From the NCBI GenBank assembly GCA_963598855.1, contig CAVBVT010000002.1:12580-76579 (forward strand): DNA of 64,000 bases. The letters are read 5' to 3'. Of this stretch, positions 10,139 to 20,676 are shown piece by piece; position 1 is the stretch's first letter, and the number at the start of each line of letters is the position of its first letter. Both the position numbers and the translations under genes were made by a program. Source of the stretch: Eggerthellaceae bacterium. GTDB lineage: Bacteria > Bacillota > Clostridia > Lachnospirales > Lachnospiraceae. A model generated the notes under the pieces. The model saw only the letters and a program-made list of their open reading frames with translations. It had not been told where the DNA came from and did no database searches.

Positions 10139-11512
10139 TTATGCAAAAAACTTGTCATACAGACCAAAGAAGAAGATAAACAGAATGATAAGCGGCAGTA
10201 TATATGTAATGTATCCGCGCATCCATTTCTGGATCTTCAGGCCTTTTCCGGTGTTGGCTTCTTTTGTGAAGTTTTCCCAGCCCCAGCCGCGTTTGGAAAC
10301 GCAGAAAAGCAGGTACACAAGAGAACCAAGCGGAAGAAGAAGGTTGCTTACCAGGAAATCCTCGAAGTCGAGAACTGCGCCGCCGAATACTTCGAATCCG
10401 CTCCAGCTCCATACATTGTATCCAAGTACGCATGGCAGAGACAGAAGGATGATGGCGATGGCATTCACAAGACTGGATTTTTTTCGGCTCCAGTCGGTAA
10501 GCTCCATACCGCAGGAAATAATATTTTCAAATACAGCCAGGATAGTAGAGAAAGCTGCAAATGACATAAAGATAAAGAACAGGCTTCCCCACAGTCTTCC
10601 AAGCGGAATGTGGTTGAAAATATTTGGCAGTGTGATGAAGATCAGGCTCGGTCCGGAAGTCTGGTCAACATTAAATGTGAAACATGCCGGGAAAATGATC
10701 AGTCCTGATGTGATCGCAACAAAAGTATCCAGAACAGCAATGTTCACAGACTCGCCAAGCAGGGCATGATCTTTGCCAATGTAGCTTCCGAAAATAGCCA
10801 TAGCACCGATACCAAGGCTAAGAGTAAAGAAAGCCTGGTTCATAGCACCGGTGATAGTAGAAATAATACCGATCTCTTTCATACGCTCGAAATCCGGGAT
10901 CAGGTAAAATTTCAGACCTTCTTTTGCACCTTCCATGGTAAAACTGTTGATCGCCAGAACAACCATGATCACCAGAAGGGAGATCATCATAATCTTGGTA
11001 ACTTTTTCAAGGCCGTTCTGAAGACCGCGGGAGCAGATAAAAACACCTGCGATAACAACAACGATCATCCAGAATCCCATAGTAACAGGCTGGCCAAGCA
11101 TGTTGGTAAACTGTCCTGCAACACCATCGGAATCAAGTCCCTGGAATTTACCGGTAGCTGTCATATAGAAGTAGTTCAGCATCCAGCCGGTAACAGTGGT
11201 GTAAAACATCATCAGAAGATAGCATCCGATCAGGGTGATATATCCGTGGATATGCCATTTCTGGCCTGGTTTTTCCAGTGCGTAGTATGCTTTGACAGGA
11301 CTCTTCTGGCTGGCACGTCCAACCGAAAACTCCATGGTCATAACAGGAAGTCCAAGAAGAGCCAGGAAGATCAGGTAAAACAGTACGAATGCACCGCCGC
11401 CGCCCTGTCCGGCCATGTAAGGGAACTTCCAGACATTTCCGATTCCGATGGCACAGCCTGCGGAAATCAGAATGAATCCCAGACGGGATCCGAGTTTCTC
11501 TCTCTCTTTCAT
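10139..11512 (-). CDS. Sodium-dependent transporter (NSS/SNF family)
   Basis: SRLGFILISAGCAIGIGNVWKFPY, QAFFTLSLG, GPSLIFITLP. Confidence 0.93.
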   Translation of the reverse strand: MKEREKLGSRLGFILISAGCAIGIGNVWKFPYMAGQGGGGAFVLFYLIFLALLGLPVMTMEFSVGRASQKSPVKAYYALEKPGQKWHIHGYITLIGCYLLMMFYTTVTGWMLNYFYMTATGKFQGLDSDGVAGQFTNMLGQPVTMGFWMIVVVIAGVFICSRGLQNGLEKVTKIMMISLLVIMVVLAINSFTMEGAKEGLKFYLIPDFERMKEIGIISTITGAMNQAFFTLSLGIGAMAIFGSYIGKDHALLGESVNIAVLDTFVAITSGLIIFPACFTFNVDQTSGPSLIFITLPNIFNHIPLGRLWGSLFFIFMSFAAFSTILAVFENIISCGMELTDWSRKKSSLVNAIAIILLSLPCVLGYNVWSWSGFEVFGGAVLDFEDFLVSNLLLPLGSLVYLLFCVSKRGWGWENFTKEANTGKGLKIQKWMRGYITYILPLIILFIFFFGLYDKFFA

Positions 11513-11712
11513 AATTCACCTCATATAAATATGTATGGATCTGCAGTCGGTAATTTCAAGGAGTCCGACATGCCGGTTTGTGCCGGCAAAATATTGTTTC
11601 ATGGCAGCAGGGATACCGATTTGCTCCTCCCATAGCTGTCGCTTGGTTTCTTTCAAGTAATATGCTAAAGCCACGAAGCTAATTTTATCATATTTCGGAA
11701 TATTGCACAATA

Positions 11713-11949
11713 AAAAGAACTTATGAGATCGCTTATAAAGTAGGCTTCAGAGCTGTTCGGATCGGTGTGAGCCGTTATACAGACGAGCTGGAAGTAACTG
11801 CTTTTGAGAAAGACGGCCAGGTGACGGTTGTGATCCTGAACCGCACCGGAAAGAGGATTCCGGCATATCTTCGCGTAGGCGATCAGTGTGCAGAACTTTC
11901 TGTGAAAACGGAATCGGTCAGCACAGCTGTTATGGAGAGTGGGGAGTAA
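11713..11949 (+). pseudogene. Chimeric remnant: AraC-type HTH fragment fused in frame to the C-terminal domain of a GH30 glycosidase
   Basis: Reads KRTYEIAYKVGF|RAVRIGVSRYTDELEVTAFEKDGQVTVVILNRT...; no catalytic domain and no convincing RBS. Confidence 0.6.
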
Positions 11950-11968
11950 AAACGGGGTGCTGGCTTCC

Positions 11969-11997
11969 TTGTGGAAAAAACTTCTTCGTGGTATACT
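11969..11997 (+). promoter_or_regulatory. Sigma-A promoter candidate
   Basis: TTGTGG-17 nt-TATACT with extended TG. Confidence 0.5.
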
Positions 11998-12015
11998 GGA
12001 CGCAGATGGTCACGC

Positions 12016-12043
12016 GCAGAGCGGAATACGAAAGTCTGTTTTG
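12016..12043. repeat. Repeat family B, diverged copy
   Basis: GCAGAGCGGAATACGAAAGTCTGTTTTG resembles 1724-1751. Confidence 0.45.
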
Positions 12044-12115
12044 TGCCTGATATAAGCGGAACAGCATATCTGCCAGAAAATATGCGGAGGATTTTTACGG
12101 AAAGGATCGTGGATC

Positions 12116-12367
12116 ATGCGGTTAGAGAAAGTACAGGATGCCCTGAATAAGAAAAATATCAAATTCGAATACACAGAGGAGGACGGCTGCGGAAGCCTGG
12201 ATTTCATGTTCCGTGGACTGAAATTCCATGTGTGGGAATATGAGGACAATGGATGGGGCGCTGAGACCAATATTTATGCGGCTGGAAGAAGTGAGGATAT
12301 TGATGGAGATTATGAAGAGGAGATTTCCAAGGAGATCCTTTCCTGGCCGGATATGATCAATAACTGA
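12116..12367 (+). CDS. Small acidic hypothetical protein
   Basis: 83-aa ORF with AAAGGA RBS, genome-like codon usage, an upstream promoter and a downstream terminator. Confidence 0.8.
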   Translation: MRLEKVQDALNKKNIKFEYTEEDGCGSLDFMFRGLKFHVWEYEDNGWGAETNIYAAGRSEDIDGDYEEEISKEILSWPDMINN

Positions 12368-12418
12368 GAAACTCCTGAACAGACAAGATAAAGAATGTTC
12401 TGTTCAGGAGTTTTTTTA
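12368..12418. terminator. Bidirectional terminator
   Basis: AAACTCCTGAACAGA / TCTGTTCAGGAGTTT perfect inverted repeat plus T tract. Confidence 0.8.
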
Positions 12419-12420
12419 TC

Positions 12421-13509
12421 TTATTCGACTTTGGTGACTTTGATCTCATCCTGAAATCCGTCCGTATAATGCAGTTCATAATCCTCTGTGATAAACACAG
12501 CCTGCACTCCTTTTTTCTCCGCAAATTTCAGCCCGTCCTCAAGGCCAAGGGCGAAACAGGTGGTGCTTAAGGCATCGCCGTCCACAGACTGGTCGGAGAT
12601 GATCGTCACAGAGATCAGGCCATTATCATATGGATAACCTGTTTTCGGATTCAGGATATGATGGTATAATTTTCCGTCCTGTTTAAAGCATCGTTCGTAG
12701 ATCCCGGAAGATACAACGGATTTTCCGGTGATATCCATAACAGCCTCAGTTTCGTTACGGTCTGCAAAGGGCTTCTGGATGCCTACTTTGAAAGATGTGC
12801 CGTCAGGTTTTGAGCCGATGCAGAGGACGTTCCCGCCAAGGTTGATGATGGCACTGTTTACGCCTTTTTTTACAAGAAAATCTTTCAGGCGGTCTGCGAT
12901 ATAGCCCTTGGCAATGGCGCCTACATCGAACTGGATGTCATCAGAAGGAAGTGTGATATCCTGACCATCAATGGTGATGCCATCGGAGCTGCACTGCGGG
13001 AGGGCGTTTTGGATATCTGTATCATCTGGCACTTTCGGGTTCTCTGCCGTGAAATCCCAGAGAGAGGTTAAAGGAGCAATGGCAATGTCAAAAGTGCCGT
13101 TAGATTCCTTGGTAATAGAAAGGCCTTTGGAAAGCAGGGCGGCAAGGTCTTCGGATATGTGCCAGGTGTTGGTTGTATTGCTGACAGGTGTACCCTCGCG
13201 GTGATTTAATTTATAAAGTTCACTCTCCTCATTAGTCCGGCTGAAGATCAGCTCATACTTATCGCACAGTGCCAGACAGTCATCCAGGAGGGATTTATCC
13301 TGGGAATCGTAAATGGTGATCTGTACTGTTGTATTCAATTTGATACTGCTGATGCTGATAGGCTCCTTCCCGGTGGAAGTACTGGTGTCAGTGGTATTCT
13401 GGCAGCCTGTGAGAAGGAGTATGGGACAGACGAGAGCTGTGCACAATATTAAATAGAAGAAACGCAGTTGAAAACGATGTTTTTTTAAATACAGATATAT
13501 AGTTGACAT
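12421..13509 (-). CDS. apbE: FAD:protein FMN transferase lipoprotein
   Basis: Lipobox LLTGC; DVGAIAKGY, INLGGNV, VVSSGIYER, YHHILNPKTGYP, DALST; exact start uncertain. Confidence 0.92.
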   Translation of the reverse strand: MSTIYLYLKKHRFQLRFFYLILCTALVCPILLLTGCQNTTDTSTSTGKEPISISSIKLNTTVQITIYDSQDKSLLDDCLALCDKYELIFSRTNEESELYKLNHREGTPVSNTTNTWHISEDLAALLSKGLSITKESNGTFDIAIAPLTSLWDFTAENPKVPDDTDIQNALPQCSSDGITIDGQDITLPSDDIQFDVGAIAKGYIADRLKDFLVKKGVNSAIINLGGNVLCIGSKPDGTSFKVGIQKPFADRNETEAVMDITGKSVVSSGIYERCFKQDGKLYHHILNPKTGYPYDNGLISVTIISDQSVDGDALSTTCFALGLEDGLKFAEKKGVQAVFITEDYELHYTDGFQDEIKVTKVE

Positions 13510-13712
13510 AATGTTACTCCTAAAATAAATGATAATGGATCAGATGCTTTATTATACCACGCATTCCGGAAACCAGAAAGGCTGTGATGATGCGCGCAAA
13601 AATCATTGTATTTTGCAATAATATAAGATATAATTTCTCCGAAAAAAGAACATATTCGATATGGATCAAAATGACTGACTATAATTTTTACAGATAAAAA
13701 GGAGATTTTTTT

Positions 13713-14591
13713 ATGATAAAAGTAATTGCCAGTGATATGGACGGTACACTTCTTGGAGATGATCACAGAATTGCATCGGAGACACTTGCAGCAGTGAAAC
13801 GGGCCTGTGACGCAGGGATCCGTTTTATGGTGGCAACAGGACGAAACTTTCCGGGAGCAATGGAAGAGCTGAGGGGAACAGACCTGACCTGTGATTATGT
13901 GGTAAGCAGCGGCGCAGAAGTCCGCAATCCGCAGCAGGAAGTTGTAAAGAGCACGCCGATCAACATAGATCTGTGTGAAGAAGTTTATAATACAGCAAAA
14001 GAATATCCGGTATCTGTAGCTTTTTTTACAGATCGTTACGATTACCGCCTTGGAACGAAAAAAGAGATCGAGGATGGAATCATCCAGCAGATCCGGCTTT
14101 TCAGTATGGATAAAAACAGCAGTGAGGAAACCGTAAGAAAATCTCCGCAGTACCGCAGGCTTGCGGGAAACACAAAAGCGATAACCGATATCCGCTCTCT
14201 AGAAAGCAGCGGAGCACCGGTATATAAGATCTTTGTTTTTGCGGAAGATGTAAATGCACTGAATGAGCTTAGTGACGAATTAAGAAAAAATCCGGCTCTT
14301 GCAGTCGCATCGTCATTTATCTATAATCAGGAGATCACAGCAGTAGAAGCACAGAAAGGCCCGGTGCTGAAAGAATATATCGAGTCTCTGGGCTATACTA
14401 TGGATGAAGTGATGGTACTTGGCGACAGCCTTAATGATTATTCCATGATCTCCATGGATTTCGGTGCAACCGTTGCAATGGGAAACGCAGTTCCGGAGAT
14501 CAAAGAAGCAGCGAAATATATCACAAAATCCAATAATGATTTCGGCGTGGCCTATGCAATCGATGAACTTCTGAAAAAACAGGGAAAATAA
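13713..14591 (+). CDS. Cof-type HAD-IIB hydrolase
   Basis: IASDMDGTLL, ATGR, GDSLNDYSM, AMGNA. Confidence 0.92.
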   Translation: MIKVIASDMDGTLLGDDHRIASETLAAVKRACDAGIRFMVATGRNFPGAMEELRGTDLTCDYVVSSGAEVRNPQQEVVKSTPINIDLCEEVYNTAKEYPVSVAFFTDRYDYRLGTKKEIEDGIIQQIRLFSMDKNSSEETVRKSPQYRRLAGNTKAITDIRSLESSGAPVYKIFVFAEDVNALNELSDELRKNPALAVASSFIYNQEITAVEAQKGPVLKEYIESLGYTMDEVMVLGDSLNDYSMISMDFGATVAMGNAVPEIKEAAKYITKSNNDFGVAYAIDELLKKQGK

Positions 14592-14668
14592 AGTTTTTCC
14601 CCTTTTGGAAAAGCAGTATATATATTATAATGGAACAAGAAAAACACAGATAAAGAGAGGAAATCACG

Positions 14669-15307
14669 ATGGAAAAAATGGAAAACGTTTATATTATGGA
14701 TCACCCGCTGATCAAACACAAAATTTCAATGCTCCGCGATAAAAATACAGGAACAAACGAGTTCCGTAAACTGGTAGAGGAGATCGGTATCCTGATGGGA
14801 TATGAGGCACTTCGCGATCTTCCTACAGAGGAAGTAGAAGTTGAGACACCGATCGAGACATGCAAGACACCGATGATCGCAGGTAAGAAGCTGGCAATCA
14901 TCCCTGTTCTCCGTGCAGGCCTTGGAATGGTAAACAGTATCCTGACACTGGTACCATCTGCTAAAGTTGGACATGTAGGACTGTACCGTGATCCTGTAAC
15001 ACATGAGCCGCACGAGTACTACTGTAAACTTCCGGAGTCCATCGATGAGCGTATTGCCGTGATCGTTGACCCGATGCTTGCAACAGGTGGTTCCGGCGAG
15101 GCTGCCATCGATTTCGTTAAGAAACAGGGCGGAAAGAACATCAAATTCATGTGCATCATTGCAGCACCGGAAGGACTGAAACGTCTTCACGAGGCACATC
15201 CGGATGTACAGATCTACTGTGGTTCTCTCGACAGAGAACTCAACGAGAACGCATACATCTGCCCGGGACTTGGCGATGCAGGAGATCGTATTTTCGGTAC
15301 AAAATAA
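14669..15307 (+). CDS. upp: Uracil phosphoribosyltransferase
   Basis: [39 protein letters not shown]. Confidence 0.97.
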   Translation: MEKMENVYIMDHPLIKHKISMLRDKNTGTNEFRKLVEEIGILMGYEALRDLPTEEVEVETPIETCKTPMIAGKKLAIIPVLRAGLGMVNSILTLVPSAKVGHVGLYRDPVTHEPHEYYCKLPESIDERIAVIVDPMLATGGSGEAAIDFVKKQGGKNIKFMCIIAAPEGLKRLHEAHPDVQIYCGSLDRELNENAYICPGLGDAGDRIFGTK

Positions 15308-15356
15308 AATGATACCGGGAACAATCCGTAATATTTGGAAAAACTTCAAAAAATAC

Positions 15357-15386
15357 TTGACACACCCGGCACTGTTATGGTATTGT
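15357..15386 (+). promoter_or_regulatory. Sigma-A promoter of rplJ-rplL
   Basis: TTGACA...TGGTATTGT immediately upstream of the L10 leader. Confidence 0.6.
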
Positions 15387-15394
15387 ACCTAAGA

Positions 15395-15511
15395 ACGCTG
15401 CCGAAGACAGTAGGTGCCGTAAGGCATAAGGATTAAAACGCCTACCGAGGTCCAAGTATTCTGAGTTAAGATTACACAAGGCCTTATTGCGAAGCAGTAA
15501 GGTCTTTTTTT
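15395..15511 (+). ncRNA. Ribosomal protein L10 leader (attenuator)
   Basis: CCGAAGACAGTAGGTG...CCTACCGAGGT kink-turn motif, then terminator GGCCTTATTGC-GAA-GCAGTAAGGTC-TTTTTTT upstream of rplJ. Confidence 0.9.
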
Positions 15512-15570
15512 AAACAGATTGACTTATTGCGACGGCGGTATACAAAATCTATAAGGAGGTGTACCATTTC

Positions 15571-16080
15571 ATGGCAAAAGTAGAACTGAAACAACCAATC
15601 GTAGAAGAGATCTCCAACAGTGTTAAGGACGCTGCTTCTGTTGTACTTGTAAACTACAGCGGTCTTACAGTTGAGCAGGATACAATTCTTCGTAAAGAGT
15701 TAAGAGAAGCTGGTGTTCAGTACAAGGTATACAAAAATACCATGATGCGTCGTGCATTCGAAGGTACAGCATTTGAGAGCCTCAGTGAGCATTTACATGG
15801 CACAAATGCGATTGCTATCTCCGAGACAGACGCAACTGCTCCGGCAAGAATCCTTGCAAAATATGCAAAACAGTTCCCGGCACTGGAGCTGATCGCAGGT
15901 GTAGTTGAGGGTAACTACAATGATCAGGCCGGAATTCAGGCACTGTCCACAATTCCTTCAAGAGAGGAACTTCTTGGAAAACTGCTTGGAAGCATCCAGT
16001 CTCCGATCACCAACTTCGCTCGTGTGCTTAATCAGATCGCAGAGCAGAACGGTGGAGCTGATGCAGCAGCTGCTGAGTAA
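15571..16080 (+). CDS. rplJ: 50S ribosomal protein L10
   Basis: YSGLTVEQ...LRKELRE..VQYKVYKNT, PSREELL; AGGAGGT RBS. Confidence 0.97.
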   Translation: MAKVELKQPIVEEISNSVKDAASVVLVNYSGLTVEQDTILRKELREAGVQYKVYKNTMMRRAFEGTAFESLSEHLHGTNAIAISETDATAPARILAKYAKQFPALELIAGVVEGNYNDQAGIQALSTIPSREELLGKLLGSIQSPITNFARVLNQIAEQNGGADAAAAE

Positions 16081-16156
16081 TCCCAGCAACGTGCAATTGG
16101 CGGCATAATGACCGCGTGATTATTAATTTAAAATTTTTAAATGGAGGGAAATTAAA

Positions 16157-16531
16157 ATGGCAAAATTAACAACAGAAGAATTTATTGCAGCAATCAAAGA
16201 ATTATCTGTATTAGAGTTAAATGACCTTGTAAAAGCTTGTGAGGAAGAGTTCGGTGTTTCCGCAGCAGCAGGTGTTGTTGTAGCAGCAGCAGGTGCAGCA
16301 GGCGAGGCAGCTGAGGAGAAAGATGAGTTTGACGTAGAGCTTACAGAGGTTGGCGCTAACAAAGTTAAAGTTATCAAAGTTGTTCGTGAGGTTACAGGTC
16401 TTGGACTTAAAGAGGCTAAAGCTATCGTTGATGGTGCTCCGAAGGTTGTTAAAGAGGGCGCATCCAAAGCTGAGGCTGAGGACATCAAAACTAAACTTGA
16501 GGCTGAGGGAGCTAAGGTTACACTTAAATAA
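16157..16531 (+). CDS. rplL: 50S ribosomal protein L7/L12
   Basis: EEFGVSAAA hinge, [18 protein letters not shown]. Confidence 0.98.
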   Translation: MAKLTTEEFIAAIKELSVLELNDLVKACEEEFGVSAAAGVVVAAAGAAGEAAEEKDEFDVELTEVGANKVKVIKVVREVTGLGLKEAKAIVDGAPKVVKEGASKAEAEDIKTKLEAEGAKVTLK

Positions 16532-16554
16532 TCCAATCAGAATAAGAGTTTTTG

Positions 16555-16601
16555 AGGCTGTTGTGCCTGCCGGTTTACCGGTGGCACAGCAGCCTTTTTT
16601 T
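16555..16601 (+). terminator. Intrinsic terminator after rplL
   Basis: AGGCTGTTGTGCC...GGCACAGCAGCCT-TTTTTT. Confidence 0.85.
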
Positions 16602-16631
16602 GTCCCTTGATTTTTTGGATGCAGGTCGCGA

Positions 16632-16659
16632 AGCGGATTGCGAATGTCCGCTTTACAAA
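16632..16659. repeat. Repeat family B, copy 2
   Basis: AGCGGATTGCGAATGTCCGCTTTACAAA. Confidence 0.7.
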
Positions 16660-16683
16660 ATGTAAAAAAATCAAAAAAAGTGC

Positions 16684-16712
16684 TTGACACGCTTTTTTTC
16701 TTATGTTAAAGT
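16684..16712 (+). promoter_or_regulatory. Sigma-A promoter of rpoBC
   Basis: TTGACA-17 nt-TAAAGT with extended TG. Confidence 0.65.
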
Positions 16713-16804
16713 GGAGGATGCTATATTATGGCTAGATATGCCTGCCCAATAGCCAGGCAGGATCATGTTGTAATAAATAATAAAAAAACAGGGGTGAAAC
16801 GTCA

Positions 16805-19800
16805 ATGGAAAAAAACAGAATTCGTTCTGTAAAAACTGGAAAAAGCATGCGTATGAGCTACCAGAGGCAAAAAGAAGTCCTGGAAATGCCAAACCTGATC
16901 GAAGTTCAGAAAGATTCCTACCAGTGGTTTCTTGACGAAGGTTTAAAAGAAGTATTTGATGATATTTCTCCGATCGCAGATTACGGCGGAAAGCTCAGTC
17001 TGGAATTCATCGATTTCACATATGATGAAAAAGATGCGAAATATTCCATCGAGCAGTGTAAAGAACGTGACGTGACTTATGCCGCACCTTTGAAGGTTCG
17101 AGTAAGGCTGATCAATAAGGAAACAGAAGAGATCAACGAACACGAGATTTTCATGGGAGATTTACCGCTGATGACTGCAACAGGTACCTTTGTTATCAAT
17201 GGTGCTGAGCGTGTTATTGTCAGTCAGTTAGTACGTTCCCCTGGAATCTACTATGCGATCGCTCATGATAAACTTGGTAAGAGACTGTTTTCCAGTACCG
17301 TAATTCCGAACAGAGGTGCATGGCTGGAGTACGAGACAGATTCAAATGATGTATTTTATGTACGTGTAGACAGAACAAGAAAAGTTCCGATCACTGTTCT
17401 GATCCGTGCACTGGGCATTGGAACCAATGCTGAGATCATTGATCTGTTTGGTGAAGAGCCGAAGATCCTTGCCAGCTTCACAAAGGATACTTCCACAAAC
17501 TATCAGGAAGGTCTCCTTGAGTTGTATAAAAAGATCCGTCCGGGTGAGCCGCTTGCAGTAGAGAGCGCAGAGAGCCTTATCATGGCAATGTTCTTCGATC
17601 CGAGAAGATACGACCTTGCCAAAGTAGGACGTTATAAATTTAATAAGAAGCTTCATTTCAACAAACGTATCGTAGGCCACAAGCTTTCCCAGGATGTTGT
17701 AGACACAACAACAGGTGAGATCCTTGCAGAGGCTGATACACTTATTACAAAAGAGCTTGCTGATACTTTACAGAATTCCGCAGTTCCGTATGTGTGGATC
17801 CAGGGTGAGGAGAGAGAGATCAAAGTCCTTTCCAGCCTTATGGTTGATATCCGTCACTATCTGCCGGAACTTGAGGATCCGAAGTCCCTGGGTGTTACAG
17901 AATTAGTATACTACCCGGTACTCGAAAAAATTCTGGAAGAAAATGACACATTTGAGGACAGATGTGATGCGATCAAACGTGATATCCACGACCTGATACC
18001 GAAACACATCACCAAGGAAGATATCCTTGCGTCCATCAACTACAATATGCATCTGGAGTATGGCCTTGGTAACGATGATGATATCGACCACCTGGGCAAC
18101 CGTCGCATCCGTGCTGTCGGTGAGCTGCTTCAGAACCAGTACCGCATCGGTCTTTCCAGACTTGAGCGTGTGGTACGTGAGAGAATGACAACACAGGACA
18201 CAGAGAGCATTTCTCCGCAGTCCCTGATCAATATCAAACCTGTAACTGCAGCAGTGAAAGAGTTCTTCGGATCTTCCCAGCTGTCACAGTTCATGGATCA
18301 GAACAACCCTCTTGGTGAGCTGACTCACAAGAGACGTCTGTCCGCACTGGGACCTGGTGGTCTGTCACGAGACAGAGCCGGATTCGAGGTTCGAGACGTA
18401 CATTATTCCCATTACGGAAGAATGTGCCCGATCGAGACTCCTGAGGGACCGAACATCGGTCTTATCAACTCCCTTGCATCCTATGCAAGAATCAATCAGT
18501 ACGGTTTCGTAGAGGCTCCGTACAGAAAGATCGACAAGAGCGATCCTTCCAACCCGCGTGTAACAGATGAAGTTGTATACATGACAGCGGACGAGGAAGA
18601 TAATTATCATGTAGCACAGGCGAATGAGCCGCTGGACGAAGAGGGACATTTCCTTCATAAGAACGTTTCCGGTCGTTACCGCGAGGAGACACAGGAGTAC
18701 GAGCAGCACATGTTCGATTACATGGACGTATCTCCGCGAATGGTATTCTCCGTTGCTACAGCCCTGATTCCGTTCCTGCAGAACGATGATGCGAACCGTG
18801 CGCTGATGGGATCCAACATGCAGCGTCAGGCCGTTCCGCTTCTTACAACAGAGGCTCCGGTTGTTGGTACTGGTATGGAGACCAAGACAGCCGTTGACTC
18901 CGGTGTATGCGTTGTTGCAAGAAAAGCAGGTACAGTACTTCGTTCTACATCTACAGATATCTCTATCAAGAATGATGACGGAACTAAGGATGATTACCAT
19001 CTGACTAAATTCATGCGAAGCAACCAGAGCAACTGCTACAACCAGAGACCGATCGTGTTCCAGGGTGAGCATGTTGAGGCTGGACAGGTTATCGCTGATG
19101 GTCCGTCTACATCCAATGGTGAGCTTGCACTTGGTAAGAACCCGCTGATCGGATTTATGACCTGGGAAGGTTATAACTACGAGGATGCTGTTCTTCTTAG
19201 TGAGAGACTTGTACAGAACGATGTTTATACATCTGTCCATATCGAGGAATATGAGGCAGAATCCCGTGATACCAAGCTGGGACCGGAAGAGATCACACGT
19301 GACGTTCCGGGTGTCGGCGATGACGCTCTGAAAGATCTGGATGAGCGCGGTATCATCCGTATCGGTGCTGAGGTACGTGCCGGTGATATCCTTGTTGGTA
19401 AGGTTACTCCTAAGGGAGAGACAGAGCTTACTGCTGAGGAGCGTCTCCTTCGTGCCATTTTCGGTGAGAAGGCAAGAGAGGTACGTGATACTTCCCTTAA
19501 AGTACCGCACGGTGAGTATGGTATTATCGTAGATGCCAAAGTATTTACAAGAGAGAACGGCGATGAGCTGAGTCCTGGAGTAAATCAGGCAGTACGTATT
19601 TATATTGCACAGAAGAGAAAGATCTCCGTTGGTGATAAGATGGCTGGTCGTCATGGTAACAAGGGTGTCGTTTCCCGTGTACTTCCAGTTGAGGATATGC
19701 CATTCCTTCCGAACGGACGTCCGCTCGATATCGTGCTGAACCCTCTGGGTGTACCTTCCCGAATGAACATCGGACAGGTCCTGGAGATTCACTTAAGCCT

Positions 19801-20659
19801 TGCTGCCAAAGCACTTGGCTTCAATATCGCAACACCGGTATTCGATGGCGCAAACGAGGTTGATATCCAGGATACTCTGGAGCTTGCCAACGATTACGTT
19901 AATACGGAAGACTTTGAGGAATTCCGTGAGAAATATAAAGACATCCTTGCACCGGATGTTATGCAGTACCTTGATGAGAACAAAGCTCACAGAGCACTCT
20001 GGAAGGGCGTTCCTATTTCCAGAGACGGTAAGGTAAGACTTCGTGACGGACGTACAGGAGAGTACTTCGACAGCCCTGTAACCATTGGTCACATGCACTA
20101 CTTGAAACTGCATCATCTGGTAGACGATAAGATCCACGCACGTTCCACAGGTCCATACTCCCTGGTAACACAGCAGCCTCTGGGTGGTAAAGCTCAGTTC
20201 GGCGGCCAGCGTTTTGGAGAGATGGAGGTTTGGGCACTGGAGGCATATGGTGCTTCCTATACACTGCAGGAGATCCTGACAGTGAAGTCTGATGATGTGA
20301 TCGGACGTGTTAAGACCTATGAAGCAATCATCAAAGGTGACAACATTCCTGAGCCAGGTATTCCTGAGTCCTTTAAGGTTCTTCTTAAAGAGCTTCAGTC
20401 CCTTGGTCTGGATGTACGTGTGCTCAGCGAGGACGGATCAGAGGTACACATTATGGAGACTTCTGATTACGGAGATACAGATCTTCGTCATGTCATCGAG
20501 GGCGATTCCAGAGGACGCAGAGATGAGGAGTCCTTCGGTAAACACGGCTATACCAAGCAGGAGTTCAGCGGAGAAGAACTTGTCAATGTAGAAGAAGATG
20601 AGGACATGGAAGACGAGGATGACATGATCGAGTTTGAAGAGTCCTTTGATGAGGAATAA
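16805..20659 (+). CDS. rpoB: DNA-directed RNA polymerase subunit beta
   Basis: [45 protein letters not shown]. Confidence 0.99.
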   Translation: MEKNRIRSVKTGKSMRMSYQRQKEVLEMPNLIEVQKDSYQWFLDEGLKEVFDDISPIADYGGKLSLEFIDFTYDEKDAKYSIEQCKERDVTYAAPLKVRVRLINKETEEINEHEIFMGDLPLMTATGTFVINGAERVIVSQLVRSPGIYYAIAHDKLGKRLFSSTVIPNRGAWLEYETDSNDVFYVRVDRTRKVPITVLIRALGIGTNAEIIDLFGEEPKILASFTKDTSTNYQEGLLELYKKIRPGEPLAVESAESLIMAMFFDPRRYDLAKVGRYKFNKKLHFNKRIVGHKLSQDVVDTTTGEILAEADTLITKELADTLQNSAVPYVWIQGEEREIKVLSSLMVDIRHYLPELEDPKSLGVTELVYYPVLEKILEENDTFEDRCDAIKRDIHDLIPKHITKEDILASINYNMHLEYGLGNDDDIDHLGNRRIRAVGELLQNQYRIGLSRLERVVRERMTTQDTESISPQSLINIKPVTAAVKEFFGSSQLSQFMDQNNPLGELTHKRRLSALGPGGLSRDRAGFEVRDVHYSHYGRMCPIETPEGPNIGLINSLASYARINQYGFVEAPYRKIDKSDPSNPRVTDEVVYMTADEEDNYHVAQANEPLDEEGHFLHKNVSGRYREETQEYEQHMFDYMDVSPRMVFSVATALIPFLQNDDANRALMGSNMQRQAVPLLTTEAPVVGTGMETKTAVDSGVCVVARKAGTVLRSTSTDISIKNDDGTKDDYHLTKFMRSNQSNCYNQRPIVFQGEHVEAGQVIADGPSTSNGELALGKNPLIGFMTWEGYNYEDAVLLSERLVQNDVYTSVHIEEYEAESRDTKLGPEEITRDVPGVGDDALKDLDERGIIRIGAEVRAGDILVGKVTPKGETELTAEERLLRAIFGEKAREVRDTSLKVPHGEYGIIVDAKVFTRENGDELSPGVNQAVRIYIAQKRKISVGDKMAGRHGNKGVVSRVLPVEDMPFLPNGRPLDIVLNPLGVPSRMNIGQVLEIHLSLAAKALGFNIATPVFDGANEVDIQDTLELANDYVNTEDFEEFREKYKDILAPDVMQYLDENKAHRALWKGVPISRDGKVRLRDGRTGEYFDSPVTIGHMHYLKLHHLVDDKIHARSTGPYSLVTQQPLGGKAQFGGQRFGEMEVWALEAYGASYTLQEILTVKSDDVIGRVKTYEAIIKGDNIPEPGIPESFKVLLKELQSLGLDVRVLSEDGSEVHIMETSDYGDTDLRHVIEGDSRGRRDEESFGKHGYTKQEFSGEELVNVEEDEDMEDEDDMIEFEESFDEE

Positions 20660-20676
20660 GAAAGGGGAAAGAATAC

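Noticed and set aside
18260..18360. rpoB rifampicin cluster I variant ([13 protein letters not shown])
   Set aside because: The key Q, D, H, R and S residues are intact; Gly at this variable position is not evidence of resistance
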